A stretch of DNA of 50,720 nt from NCBI GenBank assembly GCA_022711155.1, contig JAKLFO010000001.1:1-50720 (forward strand). Direction: 5' to 3'. This stretch comes from Candidatus Bipolaricaulota bacterium (lineage in GTDB: Bacteria; Bipolaricaulota; Bipolaricaulia; UBA7950; UBA9294). The translations under genes were made by a program, and so were the position numbers. The notes under the pieces were generated by a model. It was not told the origin of the DNA, ran no database searches, and was given only the letters and a program-made list of their open reading frames with translations. Of the stretch, positions 25,374 to 34,585 are shown one piece after another (the first letter of the stretch is position 1; every line of letters begins with the position of its first letter).

Positions 25374-26198
25374 ATGGCAGTACGCAGGATGATGCAGATG
25401 TGCTCCGTAGCGCTGGTCCTCGGCCTCCTCTCGGTAGGCCTCGTCGCGAGCGCAGCAGACGTCACGATGAGCGGTTCGACGACGGTCCTCCCCATCGCTC
25501 AGGCCGTTGCGGAGGCCTATGCAGGCATCTATGAGATCGAGGTATCGGGCGGCGGCTCCGGTGTCGGCATCGCGAACATCATTGACGGCACGACGATGGT
25601 CGGCAACATGTCGCGCGCCGTGAAGACAGAGGAGTTCGCGAGCGCCGTCGCGAAGGGAGTCCTGCCGTATGTGTGGTTCATTGCCAATGATGCCCTCTCC
25701 CCGATCGTGAATCCCGCGAACCCCATCTCCGGCCTGACGACAGAGCAGCTGAAACAGATCTACACGGGGGAGATCACGAACTGGAGCCAGGTCGGAGGCA
25801 ACGCTGGGCCGATCGTAGTCGTGTCGCGCGATAGCTCGTCCGGCTCCTTCGGATCGTGGAGCGAGCTCGTGCTTGACAAAGCGCCCGTCACAACGAGCGC
25901 GGTCTACACATCGTCGAATGCCGACGTCGCCGGCGAAATCGCGCAGAATCGCAACGCCATCGGTTACGTGGGCCTTGGCTACCTCGTCGCGGGAGTCAAG
26001 CCTGTCTCGGTCAACGGTGTCCTCCCCAGCGTGCAGACGGCGCTCGATCGGACGTTCCCGCTCTCTCGTCCCCTGTTCATGGTGACAAACGGCTTCCCGG
26101 CCGGGAAGGTCTTCGATGTGATCATGTGGATTCTGTCAGATGACGGGCAGCGCCTCGTCTTGAACATGGGTTTTGCGCCTATCCGCACGCTCCCCTAG
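25374..26198 (+). CDS. pstS: Phosphate ABC transporter substrate-binding protein PstS.
   Basis: A signal peptide is followed by SGSTTVLPIAQAVAEAY, GGGSGVGI and VSRDSSSGSFG. The ATG at 25374 has AAAGGCGG upstream. The track GTG at 25356 is an alternative start. Confidence 0.9.
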   Translation: MAVRRMMQMCSVALVLGLLSVGLVASAADVTMSGSTTVLPIAQAVAEAYAGIYEIEVSGGGSGVGIANIIDGTTMVGNMSRAVKTEEFASAVAKGVLPYVWFIANDALSPIVNPANPISGLTTEQLKQIYTGEITNWSQVGGNAGPIVVVSRDSSSGSFGSWSELVLDKAPVTTSAVYTSSNADVAGEIAQNRNAIGYVGLGYLVAGVKPVSVNGVLPSVQTALDRTFPLSRPLFMVTNGFPAGKVFDVIMWILSDDGQRLVLNMGFAPIRTLP

Positions 26199-26210
26199 CT
26201 CTCCGGTCTT

Positions 26211-26237
26211 GCGGGGCGGCCCCGGGCGCCGCCCCGC
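26211..26237 (+). terminator. GC-rich stem-loop after pstS. Possible attenuator or mRNA stabiliser.
   Basis: GCGGGGCGGC, a 7-nt loop and GCCGCCCCGC form a 10-bp perfect stem. No U-tract follows. Confidence 0.45.
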
Positions 26238-26336
26238 CCTACCCTCCTCTGCGCCCGCTCGTCCGCGACCTCGCCTGGCTCGAGTGGCGCCAAGTACACG
26301 CGAGACAGCCGCCGCCAGCGTCGCGGGCGACCTTTC

Positions 26337-26364
26337 TTGAATAACTACGGGTGATGTATATACT
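26337..26364 (+). promoter_or_regulatory. Second sigma70-like promoter, upstream of pstCAB.
   Basis: TTGAAT, 16 nt, then TATACT in an AT-rich patch. It is followed at once by the inverted repeat CGCTATG-N5-CATAGCG (26367-26385). Confidence 0.45.
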
Positions 26365-26395
26365 TGCGCTATGTTCTGCATAGCGGTGGCCAGCA

Positions 26396-27364
26396 ATGCG
26401 TAACACTGGGCCTCGTCCACAACTCGCGGCCGTCGCGGGGCCCCCGCTCGATCTTCGTCCCATGCGCAAGGCAGGCGCGCGCGGCCTGCTCGCAATGCTC
26501 AGGGAGCGGTGGGATCGCCCGCTCTTCTTCTCCCTCGCCTGCGCTTCGCTCGTCGCTCTCGGGCTCATTCTCTTCTTCATCTTCCGCGAAGCGGCGCCCG
26601 TCCTGCGCGAGATCGGTCTCGGCGGCTTCTTCGGTCGGGTGTGGAATCCCGCCGGCGAGCCTGTGAGCTACGGCGCCCTGCCGATGATCGTCGGCTCGGC
26701 CCTGGTGACCCTCGCGGCTCTTCTCGTGGCGGTGCCCCTTGGGTTCGCCGCCGCCGCGTTTATCGCCGAGGTCGCGCCGCGCTGGATGAAGGACGTCGCG
26801 AAGTCGGTCTTGGAGCTTCTCGCCGGAGTCCCGTCGGTCATCTACGGATTCTTCGGGCTCATGATCGTCGCTCCCGCGCTCCAGAACGCGTTCAACCTGG
26901 CCACGGGGAGAACCGCGCTGACAGCCTCGGTCATCCTCGCCATCATGGCGCTGCCGACGATCGCCAGCTTGGCCGAGGACGCGCTGACGGCCGTGCCGAA
27001 CGCGTACCGCGAAGCGTCCATGGCGCTGGGCGCGACAAGATGGCAGACCATCCGCAACGTGACGTTTCCGGCGGCCTTCTCGGGCCTGATCGGCGCGTCC
27101 ATTCTCGGGATGGGGCGAGCCGTCGGAGAGACGATGGCCGTCTTGATGGTGGCTGGAAACGCGCCGCAGATCGTCGCGTCGCTTCTCAAACCCGTGCGGA
27201 CGCTCACCGGCGCGATCGCGCTCGAGATGGGCGAGACCGCCCTCGGGAGCACGCACTACCATGCGCTCTTCGCGCTGGGCGTCGTCCTCCTCGTCATCAC
27301 GCTCGCGACAAACGGCGCCGCGGAGTGGTTCCGGGGACGTCTCGCAAGGAAGCACGGGCGATGA
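26396..27364 (+). CDS. pstC: Phosphate ABC transporter permease PstC.
   Basis: The protein is multi-TM. The EAA-loop region is EASMALGATRWQTIRNVTFPAA. Confidence 0.9.
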   Translation: MRNTGPRPQLAAVAGPPLDLRPMRKAGARGLLAMLRERWDRPLFFSLACASLVALGLILFFIFREAAPVLREIGLGGFFGRVWNPAGEPVSYGALPMIVGSALVTLAALLVAVPLGFAAAAFIAEVAPRWMKDVAKSVLELLAGVPSVIYGFFGLMIVAPALQNAFNLATGRTALTASVILAIMALPTIASLAEDALTAVPNAYREASMALGATRWQTIRNVTFPAAFSGLIGASILGMGRAVGETMAVLMVAGNAPQIVASLLKPVRTLTGAIALEMGETALGSTHYHALFALGVVLLVITLATNGAAEWFRGRLARKHGR

Positions 27365-28242
27365 TCCGCGAGATCACGGCGGAGACGGAGAAGCGGCAGC
27401 GCGCAGCCCAGAGAGTCGCGTTCGCGCTGCTCGCGATGTCGACTCTGTCGGCATTCCTCGCCCTCGGCGCGATTCTCTACACCATGTTCGCGAACGGGGC
27501 GGAGGCCATCTCGTGGCAGTTCCTGACCGAGTTCCCGCGCAAGCTGATGACCGAAGGCGGCATCTACCCGGCGCTGGTCGGGAGCTTCTACCTGACTGCA
27601 GGAGCGCTCTTTCTCGCGCTCCCGTTCGCCATCGCGTCGGCCATCTGGCTCTCTGAGTACTCGCGCGGAGGCTTGTGGGTACGCGTGATTCGTGTCGGCG
27701 TGAACAGCCTCGCCGGCGTCCCGTCGATCGTGTTCGGGCTGCTCGGGCTCGCCTTCTTCGTCAAGGTCCTCGGCTTCGGCGTCTCCGTGGTCTCCGGCGC
27801 GCTGACCCTGGCTCTCCTCATTCTCCCGATCCTGATTCGTGCCGGGGAGGAGGCGCTGCAGGCCGTGCCCATGAGCTTCCGCGAGGGCGCGCTGGCGCTC
27901 GGAGCGACGCAGTGGCACGCTGTGCGCACGGTGGTCCTGCCGTCGGCGATCCCGGGCATTCTCACGGGCGCGATCCTCGGAATCAGCCGTGCGATCGGCG
28001 AGACGGCGCCGATCATGTTCACCGCGGCGGCTTTCTACATGAGCCGCCTCCCCGAGACGCTGTCCGACAAGGTGATGGCGCTCCCGTACCACATCTTCGT
28101 CATGGCCACGGAGAGTCCCAACTACTGGAAGACGCGCGACCTGCAGTTCGGCGCAGCGCTCGCTCTCCTCGGCATGGTCTTGTTGATGAATCTCGGCGCC
28201 GTCGTCTGGCGCGCCCGGGTGCGAAGGAGGAAGCAGTGGTAG
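27361..28242 (+). CDS. pstA: Phosphate ABC transporter permease PstA.
   Basis: The start overlaps the pstC stop as ATGA. The protein begins MIREITAETEK and contains EGALALGATQWHAVRTVVLPSA. The track ORF 26509..28242 is an out-of-frame upstream extension. Confidence 0.9.
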   Translation: MIREITAETEKRQRAAQRVAFALLAMSTLSAFLALGAILYTMFANGAEAISWQFLTEFPRKLMTEGGIYPALVGSFYLTAGALFLALPFAIASAIWLSEYSRGGLWVRVIRVGVNSLAGVPSIVFGLLGLAFFVKVLGFGVSVVSGALTLALLILPILIRAGEEALQAVPMSFREGALALGATQWHAVRTVVLPSAIPGILTGAILGISRAIGETAPIMFTAAAFYMSRLPETLSDKVMALPYHIFVMATESPNYWKTRDLQFGAALALLGMVLLMNLGAVVWRARVRRRKQW

Positions 28243-29066
28243 CAGAAGCGACCGCTACGGCACGGGTTCGGAGCCTCGACGCGACGCGCGCATGGCTCGA
28301 GCGGAATCTCCACTCGACGTCGATTCTCGATGTAGAACGCTTCAGCTTCTACTACGGCAAGGAGCAGGCGCTGCGCGACGTCACGCTCGGAATCCCGCTC
28401 GACGGCGTGACGGCGATCATGGGGCCTTCGGGTTGCGGCAAGAGCACGCTCCTCCGCGCGTTCAACCGCATGAACGAGTTGTACCCCGCCACGCGCGCGG
28501 AGGGCACCATTCGCTTTCTCGGCCAGGACCTGCTCAAAGCGGATCCCGTTGCGGTGCGCCGCCACATTGGCATGGTCTTCCAGCGTCCGAACCCTTTTCC
28601 GAAGTCGATCTTCGACAACGTCGCCTTCGGGCCGCGCGTCCACGGCGAGCGTGGCCGTGCCCGGCTGGCGGAGTTGGTCGAGGAGAGCCTCCGGCGGGCC
28701 GCCCTGTGGGACGAGGTCAAGGATCACCTCAAGAAGAGCGCGCTCTCGCTCTCCGGCGGACAGCAGCAGCGCCTGTGCATCGCGCGCGCGCTCGCGGTCC
28801 GGCCCAGCGTCCTCCTCATGGACGAGCCCTGCTCGGCGCTTGATCCGAAAGCGACGGACCGAATCGAGGCCACGACGCGGGAGCTGGCGCAGGAACTGAC
28901 GGTCGTCATCGTGACGCACAACCTTCAGCAGGCCGGCCGCATCAGCGACCATGTCGCCGTCCTCCTCGCAGGGGGCGTGCTGGCCGAGTTCGGACCGACG
29001 AAGGCCGTGTTCGCTGACCCGAGCTGCGACCAAGTGGCCGACTACCTCTGCGGCCGCTTCGGCTAG
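28236..29066 (+). CDS. pstB: Phosphate ABC transporter ATP-binding protein PstB.
   Basis: The GTG start lies 6 nt after AAGGAGG. Motifs are GPSGCGKST, LSGGQQQR and LLMDEPCSALD. Confidence 0.92.
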   Translation: MVAEATATARVRSLDATRAWLERNLHSTSILDVERFSFYYGKEQALRDVTLGIPLDGVTAIMGPSGCGKSTLLRAFNRMNELYPATRAEGTIRFLGQDLLKADPVAVRRHIGMVFQRPNPFPKSIFDNVAFGPRVHGERGRARLAELVEESLRRAALWDEVKDHLKKSALSLSGGQQQRLCIARALAVRPSVLLMDEPCSALDPKATDRIEATTRELAQELTVVIVTHNLQQAGRISDHVAVLLAGGVLAEFGPTKAVFADPSCDQVADYLCGRFG

Positions 29067-30085
29067 GATTCCTTCGCCGGGCGCCCGGCGACGCGCACGT
29101 GGGCCGCAGCAGGGACGTCGAGCGCGTGTTCGGCCACGTTGAACCCGTACTCGCGAATGCGCAGCAGGCTGTCGAGGACGATGCTGATCGACGGTGCCTC
29201 TTCCGGGTGCTTGTCGCCAATAGCTCGGCGCGTGAGAGAGAAGAGCACCTCCGAGCTGGCGCGATCGGAGAGCACCTTGTTCGCGTGGTCGGCGCTCTGG
29301 TCGATGAACGACTGGACGGCTCGCTGGACGATGTCGATCGAGCTCTCGGCATGCGTCCTGACCTCGGAAGCCGCCGCCTTGCGCACAGGCGTCCCAAGCG
29401 CGATGGTCGCTGCGGAGATCTTCACCGCGTGGTCGGCGACTCGCTCCAGCTGCTCGACGACCTCGTTGTAGTTCGCGAACTGGAGCCGCGAGAGGCCGTA
29501 GTCCTCCTCCAAGACAAGATCGCGTAGAAGCAGGCTGTACTGGCGCGCGACGAGGAGAGTGAGTCGGTCGACATCGTCGTCGCGGTCGACGACGTCGTGG
29601 GCCAGCTCGACGTCGTGGCTGCAGAAGGCGGAGACCGCGTCGCGCACCATGGCCAGGGAGATGTCGAAGACACGGCGCAGCGTTCGCTCGGGCGGGAAGT
29701 CGCGCACGTTGACCAGCGCGTGGAGGGTGATCGTCTTCTGCGACTCGTCGAAGATCTCGAGTCCGATGAGTCCTTGCGCGATGTCGCGCACCATCCGCCT
29801 CTGCTCGGCGCGAATCTTGTCGGACTCGACCTCGATGACATCGAAGCCGACGATGTAGCGCGCGATGATCTCGCGCTGGAGCCGATCGAAGTCCCACGCG
29901 CCGATCTCGACCGTGCAGCGGTTCCGCCCCGGCAGGCTCTCGGGAACGAGCAGGAGAGCGCCGGAGTCGCTCGGGATCAGATTGACCAACACTTGCGGCT
30001 TGATTCCCACTTCGTCCGCCCACTCCTTCGGCAGCGTGACGAAGTACGTCGATCCTCCCGTCTTCTGCACCTTGCGCTGGAACAT
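29063..30085 (-). CDS. phoU: Phosphate uptake regulator with an N-terminal SpoVT/AbrB swapped-hairpin domain fused to PhoU repeats.
   Basis: The N-terminus KVQKTGGSTYFVTLPKEWADEVGIKP is AbrB-like. Two PhoU-type helical repeats follow. GGAGGAG lies 3 nt upstream of the ATG. Confidence 0.85.
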   Translation of the reverse strand: MFQRKVQKTGGSTYFVTLPKEWADEVGIKPQVLVNLIPSDSGALLLVPESLPGRNRCTVEIGAWDFDRLQREIIARYIVGFDVIEVESDKIRAEQRRMVRDIAQGLIGLEIFDESQKTITLHALVNVRDFPPERTLRRVFDISLAMVRDAVSAFCSHDVELAHDVVDRDDDVDRLTLLVARQYSLLLRDLVLEEDYGLSRLQFANYNEVVEQLERVADHAVKISAATIALGTPVRKAAASEVRTHAESSIDIVQRAVQSFIDQSADHANKVLSDRASSEVLFSLTRRAIGDKHPEEAPSISIVLDSLLRIREYGFNVAEHALDVPAAAHVRVAGRPAKES

Positions 30086-30171
30086 GGTCTCCTCCGATCG
30101 AGAAGGATTCTACCGGTCGGGTCTATAGTCAGGCAAGATCTATAGAGGACTGAGAGGGAGAGGGGGCGGCC

Positions 30172-31533
30172 CTACCCGGGCGGCGGAGGGATGTGTCCCT
30201 CCCGCTGCAGGATCGTCGTCTCGCGCTGCGCGCGACAGATGTGGATCTCAGCCTCGGCGCGCAGCTCGGCCTCCGACAGCGGCCGCCGGGCGATGCCCTG
30301 CTCGACGGCCTTCCGCCCAACGGCCACGGCCTGGTTCACGAACGTCTCGCTGTCCATCATCGTTGGAAGGATCGCGTCCTCGCGCAGGCCGCGGTCCACG
30401 GCGGTCTGGGCGATCGCCTGCGCGGCGGCGATGGCCATCTCGTCGGTGATCGTCGTGGCGCAGACGTCGAGCGTCCCGCGGAAGATCCCGGGGAAGCCGA
30501 GCGAGTTGTTCACCTGATTCGGGAAGTCGCCCCGGCCTGTCCCGACGATCGCCAGCCCCGCCTCCGCGGCGTCCCACGGCCAGATCTCGGGCGTGGGGTT
30601 GGCCATGAAGAAGCCAACGCCGCGAGCGTTCATCGCCTGGAGCCATGCCTTGTGGATCGTGTCGGGACCCGGCTTGGTGAATGAGAGGACAACGTCGGCG
30701 CCGGCAAGCGCGTCGGGCGTGGATCCGCGGACGCCTTCTCCATTTGTACGCGTCAGGAGTCCGCCGCGGTGGGGGAAGAGCCACTCGAGGTCGTGCTCGC
30801 GCCCGAGGACGGCGGTCTCGCCTTCGACAACGTCGACGACCCGCACGTGCTCCGCGGGAACTCCCGCGGCGACGAGCACGCGCAGGGTCGCCGCGCCCGC
30901 GGCGCCGGCCCCGAGCAGGGCGATCGTCACCCCATCGAGACGCTTCCCGACCAGCTCGAGCGCGTTGTACAGGCCGGCGAGCGTCACCGCCGCGGTGCCC
31001 TGCTGGTCGTCGTGCCACACCGGGATGTCCAGCTCACGCCGCAGGCGCTCGAGGATGGGGAAGCACTTCGGCGTCGCGATGTCCTCGAGATTGATGCCGC
31101 CGAACCCGGGGGCGATCCAGCGCACGGCCTGCACGATCTCGTCTTCTTCGTGCGCGTCGAGGACGACCGGGAAGGCGCCGACACCGCCGAGGTACTTGAA
31201 CAGGAGGGCCTTCCCCTCCATCACCGGAAGGCTGGCGCGCGGGCCGATGTTGCCGAGCCCGAGGACGCGAGAGCCGTCCGACACGACCGCAACGGCGTTC
31301 GCGACGTTCGTGTACTCGCGGAGCTTGCCCGGGTCACGGGCGATCTCCTTACACGGAGCCGCGACGCCGGGCGTGTACCACACGGCCAGGTCGTCGAAGC
31401 TGGTGATCGCACACTTGACCGACGCCTCGATCTTGCCGCGGTAGAAGGCGTGCAGGGCGGGAGCCTTCTCGCCCGGCGCCGCCGCGCGCTTCACGCGCTC
31501 GTCTCTGGACACCTCGGACCGTTGCATCGACAT
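30172..31533 (-). CDS. NAD(P)-dependent malic enzyme (short form, no PTA domain).
   Basis: Motifs are VVSDGSRVLGLGNIG, PVWHDDQQGTA and LLGAGAAGAA. GAGGAG lies 5 nt upstream of the ATG. Confidence 0.9.
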   Translation of the reverse strand: MSMQRSEVSRDERVKRAAAPGEKAPALHAFYRGKIEASVKCAITSFDDLAVWYTPGVAAPCKEIARDPGKLREYTNVANAVAVVSDGSRVLGLGNIGPRASLPVMEGKALLFKYLGGVGAFPVVLDAHEEDEIVQAVRWIAPGFGGINLEDIATPKCFPILERLRRELDIPVWHDDQQGTAAVTLAGLYNALELVGKRLDGVTIALLGAGAAGAATLRVLVAAGVPAEHVRVVDVVEGETAVLGREHDLEWLFPHRGGLLTRTNGEGVRGSTPDALAGADVVLSFTKPGPDTIHKAWLQAMNARGVGFFMANPTPEIWPWDAAEAGLAIVGTGRGDFPNQVNNSLGFPGIFRGTLDVCATTITDEMAIAAAQAIAQTAVDRGLREDAILPTMMDSETFVNQAVAVGRKAVEQGIARRPLSEAELRAEAEIHICRAQRETTILQREGHIPPPPG

Positions 31534-31607
31534 GGGATCTCCTCGCGGTTCGACTCATCGTAGCTCAGGACGCAAGGATGGACACAGCCAACCGCAGAGA
31601 GAAGAAC

Positions 31608-31641
31608 CTGGAGATCGACGTCCACGAGAGACGTTCTCCAG
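31608..31641 (-). terminator. Candidate terminator hairpin downstream of the fumarase genes.
   Basis: CTGGAGA...TCTCCAG forms a 7-bp outer stem with an inner ACGT/ACGT pairing. On the - strand it is followed by GTTCTTCTCTCT. Confidence 0.4.
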
Positions 31642-31758
31642 TGACGATCAGGCGTCTCGCCGCCCCTGCGGACGCACGCCAGGCCCTGCCATGCATCCCT
31701 CAGCGCCCTCCGCGTCCTCTGCGGTGGACCCGCCTTTGCCCTTGGGCGGCCGATCGCT

Positions 31759-32331
31759 CTAGCTGAGCCGTGCGGCGCGGCGCGCGATCTCGGCGTGCAG
31801 GTCGTGGCCGGCTGCGTCGATCGTCACCACAAGCGGGCCGTACTCGCAGAGGTCGAGGATCCACACTGCATCCGGCATGCCGACTTCCTCGAGCCAGTAG
31901 ACGCCGCGCACGCCGCGGACGGCGCGTGCACCGAGCGCGCCGGTGCCGCCGACTGCCGCGAGGTAGGCGGCTCCCTGCTCGACCAACGCGCGCCGCGTCG
32001 AGTCACCCATTCCGCCTTTGCCGATGAGGAAGGGCGTGCGGTAGCGTGCGAGGATTTCCGGAGTTGACGGGTCCATCCGCGCGCTCGTCGTGGGTCCCAG
32101 TCCGGTGATCGTCCAGCCTCCGGCGTCGCGGCGGGCGAGCGGGCCGCAGTGAAAGATGGGAAGGCCCGTGGGATCGAAGGGAAGCGGCTCCCCGCGGCGC
32201 GCCGCCGCGAGGATGCGCCGGTGCGCCAGATCGCGCGCCGTGAGCACCGCACCGCTCACGAAGACGACGTCTCCCGCCCGCCACGCGGACACCTCGGCGG
32301 GCGAGGCAGGAAGGAGGACGTGTCGCGTCAC
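31759..32331 (-). CDS. Class I Fe-S fumarate hydratase / tartrate dehydratase beta subunit (C-terminal domain protein).
   Basis: The GTG start overlaps the alpha-subunit stop as GTGA. The protein begins VTRHVLLPASPAEV and contains GKGGMG. The track ORF up to 32952 is an out-of-frame extension. Confidence 0.85.
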   Translation of the reverse strand: MTRHVLLPASPAEVSAWRAGDVVFVSGAVLTARDLAHRRILAAARRGEPLPFDPTGLPIFHCGPLARRDAGGWTITGLGPTTSARMDPSTPEILARYRTPFLIGKGGMGDSTRRALVEQGAAYLAAVGGTGALGARAVRGVRGVYWLEEVGMPDAVWILDLCEYGPLVVTIDAAGHDLHAEIARRAARLS

Positions 32332-33194
32332 AAGACCGCCTCCGCTGCTCCGGACGCGTCGATGCGGACGGCGGCGCGCCGGTCGGCCCAGCACTGGAGT
32401 GCGACGCCCACCGGCAGCGACGCCGGGTGGCGGAATGCGAACTCGACGTGGACGGCGAGCGCCGTGGCCGCCCCTCCGAGCCCGGCCGGGCCTATGCCCA
32501 ACCCGTTCACGGCCTCGAGGAGATCGCGCTCGAGCGCGGCGATCGCCGGATCCGCATGGTGGATGTCGAGCCTCCGCGTCAGGGCGCGCTTCGCAAGCAC
32601 GAGCGCCCGGTCGGCCGTGCCGCCGATCCCCACGCCGACCACGATGGGCGGACAGGCGCGAGGCGCAACGCGGGCCACGTGGGCCAGCACGGCGCGCGCG
32701 ATCTCCGCCGCTCCGCCGCCGGGCTGGACGAACAGGAGGCCGGTCGCGTTCTCGCTTCCTCCGCCCTTGGCGACGTACGTGATCTCCACCTCGCGGCCCG
32801 GCACGATCTCCCAGTCGATGACGGGGACGCCGCGGCCCACGTTGCCGACGTTGCGGTCGGTCAGGGGGTGGATGGCGCTCGGGCGCAGCGGGATGGCCGC
32901 CGTCGCCGATCTCGTCGCCTCGACGAGAGCCGCTTCGATGTCTGCCAACCACGGGCTCTCCGCGCCCGCGCGCACGAAGAAGACGGGCGTACCCGTGTCT
33001 TGGCAGATCGGAAGGCCTTCCTCTCGCGCGACGCGCGCGTTCTCGAGCAGGGTCTCAAGGTGCAACCGGCCGAGTTCCGACGGCTCGCTGGTCAGCGCCT
33101 CGCGGAGCGCGCGCTCGACGTCGGCCGGCAGGGCGACGGTCGCTTCGCGGATGGCCCGACCCACGGCGTCAATCCACTCAGACGACTTCGACAC
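32328..33194 (-). CDS. Class I Fe-S fumarate hydratase / tartrate dehydratase alpha subunit.
   Basis: CQDTGT and AKGGGSEN are present. I chose the GTG at 33194, 6 nt after AGGGAGGCGGAG. The ATG at 33245 is an alternative start. Confidence 0.85.
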   Translation of the reverse strand: MSKSSEWIDAVGRAIREATVALPADVERALREALTSEPSELGRLHLETLLENARVAREEGLPICQDTGTPVFFVRAGAESPWLADIEAALVEATRSATAAIPLRPSAIHPLTDRNVGNVGRGVPVIDWEIVPGREVEITYVAKGGGSENATGLLFVQPGGGAAEIARAVLAHVARVAPRACPPIVVGVGIGGTADRALVLAKRALTRRLDIHHADPAIAALERDLLEAVNGLGIGPAGLGGAATALAVHVEFAFRHPASLPVGVALQCWADRRAAVRIDASGAAEAVL

Positions 33195-33332
33195 GCTCCG
33201 CCTCCCTGTCGCACGATTCTGCCGCACCGCCGCCGGCCGGTCCATGCCCGCGGCGGGCCGCCGCGGGCTCTAGAGAGGTTTGCAACCCCGCGACCCGTTC
33301 GCTACCGTCTCCCTGACGCGCAGGGAGGGGTC

Positions 33333-34574
33333 ATGAAGAGCATTCTCATCATCGCCGACGGCCTCGGCGGCCGACCGACCGACCAAGCCGGCAAGACGTG
33401 TCTCGAGGCCGCGCGAAAACCGAACCTGGACGGCCTGGCGGCGCAGGGTGCCGTAGGCCTCGTGGATCCGATCGGGCCGGGCATCCGCCCGGGCAGCGAC
33501 ACGGCCCACCTCTCGCTCCTCGGGTACAACCCGCGCGAGCTCTACACCGGGCGCGGTGTCTTCGAGTGCCTCGGAATCGGCCTCGACGTGCAGCCCGGCG
33601 ACATTTGCTTCCGAGCCAACTTCGCGACCGTGAAGGAGTCGGCCGGCGCGCTCCTCCTCGTAGACCGGCGCGCCGGGCGCATCGAGTCCGGCCAGCGAGA
33701 GCTCGAAGCGGCTCTCGACGGCATGAAGCTGAAGACGCCCGGCGTCGACGTCGCATTCCGCGCTTCCACCGAGCACCGCGGCGCGCTGCTCCTGCGCGGC
33801 AGCGAGCTGTCGCCGTACGTCGGCGAGACGGATCCCCACGAGACGGGGGCGGAGATCCGCTCCGCCGAGCCGATGGCGGAGGGACGGGCGGCGCGGCGCA
33901 CGGCCGACGCGGTGAACGAGCTGACGCGCAGGAGCTATGAGCTGCTGAAGGACCTGCCGCTCAACGTGGCGCGCGCGAAGGCCCACAAACTCCCAGCCAA
34001 CATCCTCCTCGTTCGCGGCGCCGCCGACTGCCCGCACATCCCCTCGATTCCCTCGATCTACGGCGTGCGCGGCGCAGTCATCGCCGGAGGCGCCTTGTAC
34101 CGCGGCGTGGCGCTCGCCTGTGGCCTCGAGTCGATCGAGGTCGAGGGAGCTACCGGCGGACTGGACACGAATCTGCGCGCCAAGGCGGCGGCCGCGCTCA
34201 AGGCGCTCGAGACGTACGACCTGGTGTTCGTTCACATCAAGGGAACCGACAACGCGGCGCACGACCATCAGGCGGCCGCCAAGACCGCGTTCATCGAGCG
34301 GATCGACGCGGAGTTCTTCGGCACGCTTCTCGGAGGCATCGACTGGAACACGACGCACGTCGCCTTCACCGGCGACCACACGACGGCCATCGACTACGGC
34401 GATCACACCGCGGACCCGGTTCCGGTCTTGTTCGCGGGTCCGAAGGTTCGCCGCGACGATGTCACGACGTTCGACGAGCGCGCGGCGGCTCGGGGCGGGC
34501 TCTTGCGCTTCAGCGGCCAGGTCCTGCCGACCTTGATGAGCTACGCCGACCGCTCGCCGAAGTACGGATCGTAG
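33333..34574 (+). CDS. apgM: Cofactor-independent phosphoglycerate mutase, archaeal type.
   Basis: The protein begins MKSILIIADGLGGRP and contains GSDTAHLSLLGY, HIKGTDNAAHD and FTGDHTT. GGGAGGGG lies upstream of the ATG. Confidence 0.88.
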   Translation: MKSILIIADGLGGRPTDQAGKTCLEAARKPNLDGLAAQGAVGLVDPIGPGIRPGSDTAHLSLLGYNPRELYTGRGVFECLGIGLDVQPGDICFRANFATVKESAGALLLVDRRAGRIESGQRELEAALDGMKLKTPGVDVAFRASTEHRGALLLRGSELSPYVGETDPHETGAEIRSAEPMAEGRAARRTADAVNELTRRSYELLKDLPLNVARAKAHKLPANILLVRGAADCPHIPSIPSIYGVRGAVIAGGALYRGVALACGLESIEVEGATGGLDTNLRAKAAAALKALETYDLVFVHIKGTDNAAHDHQAAAKTAFIERIDAEFFGTLLGGIDWNTTHVAFTGDHTTAIDYGDHTADPVPVLFAGPKVRRDDVTTFDERAAARGGLLRFSGQVLPTLMSYADRSPKYGS

Positions 34575-34585
34575 GAGACGGACAC

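Noticed and set aside
28122-30023. A 633-aa minus-strand ORF spanning pstB and phoU.
   Set aside because: It is antisense to pstB (which has Walker A, Walker B and signature motifs) and out of frame with the AbrB-PhoU gene. The real minus-strand gene is 29063..30085.
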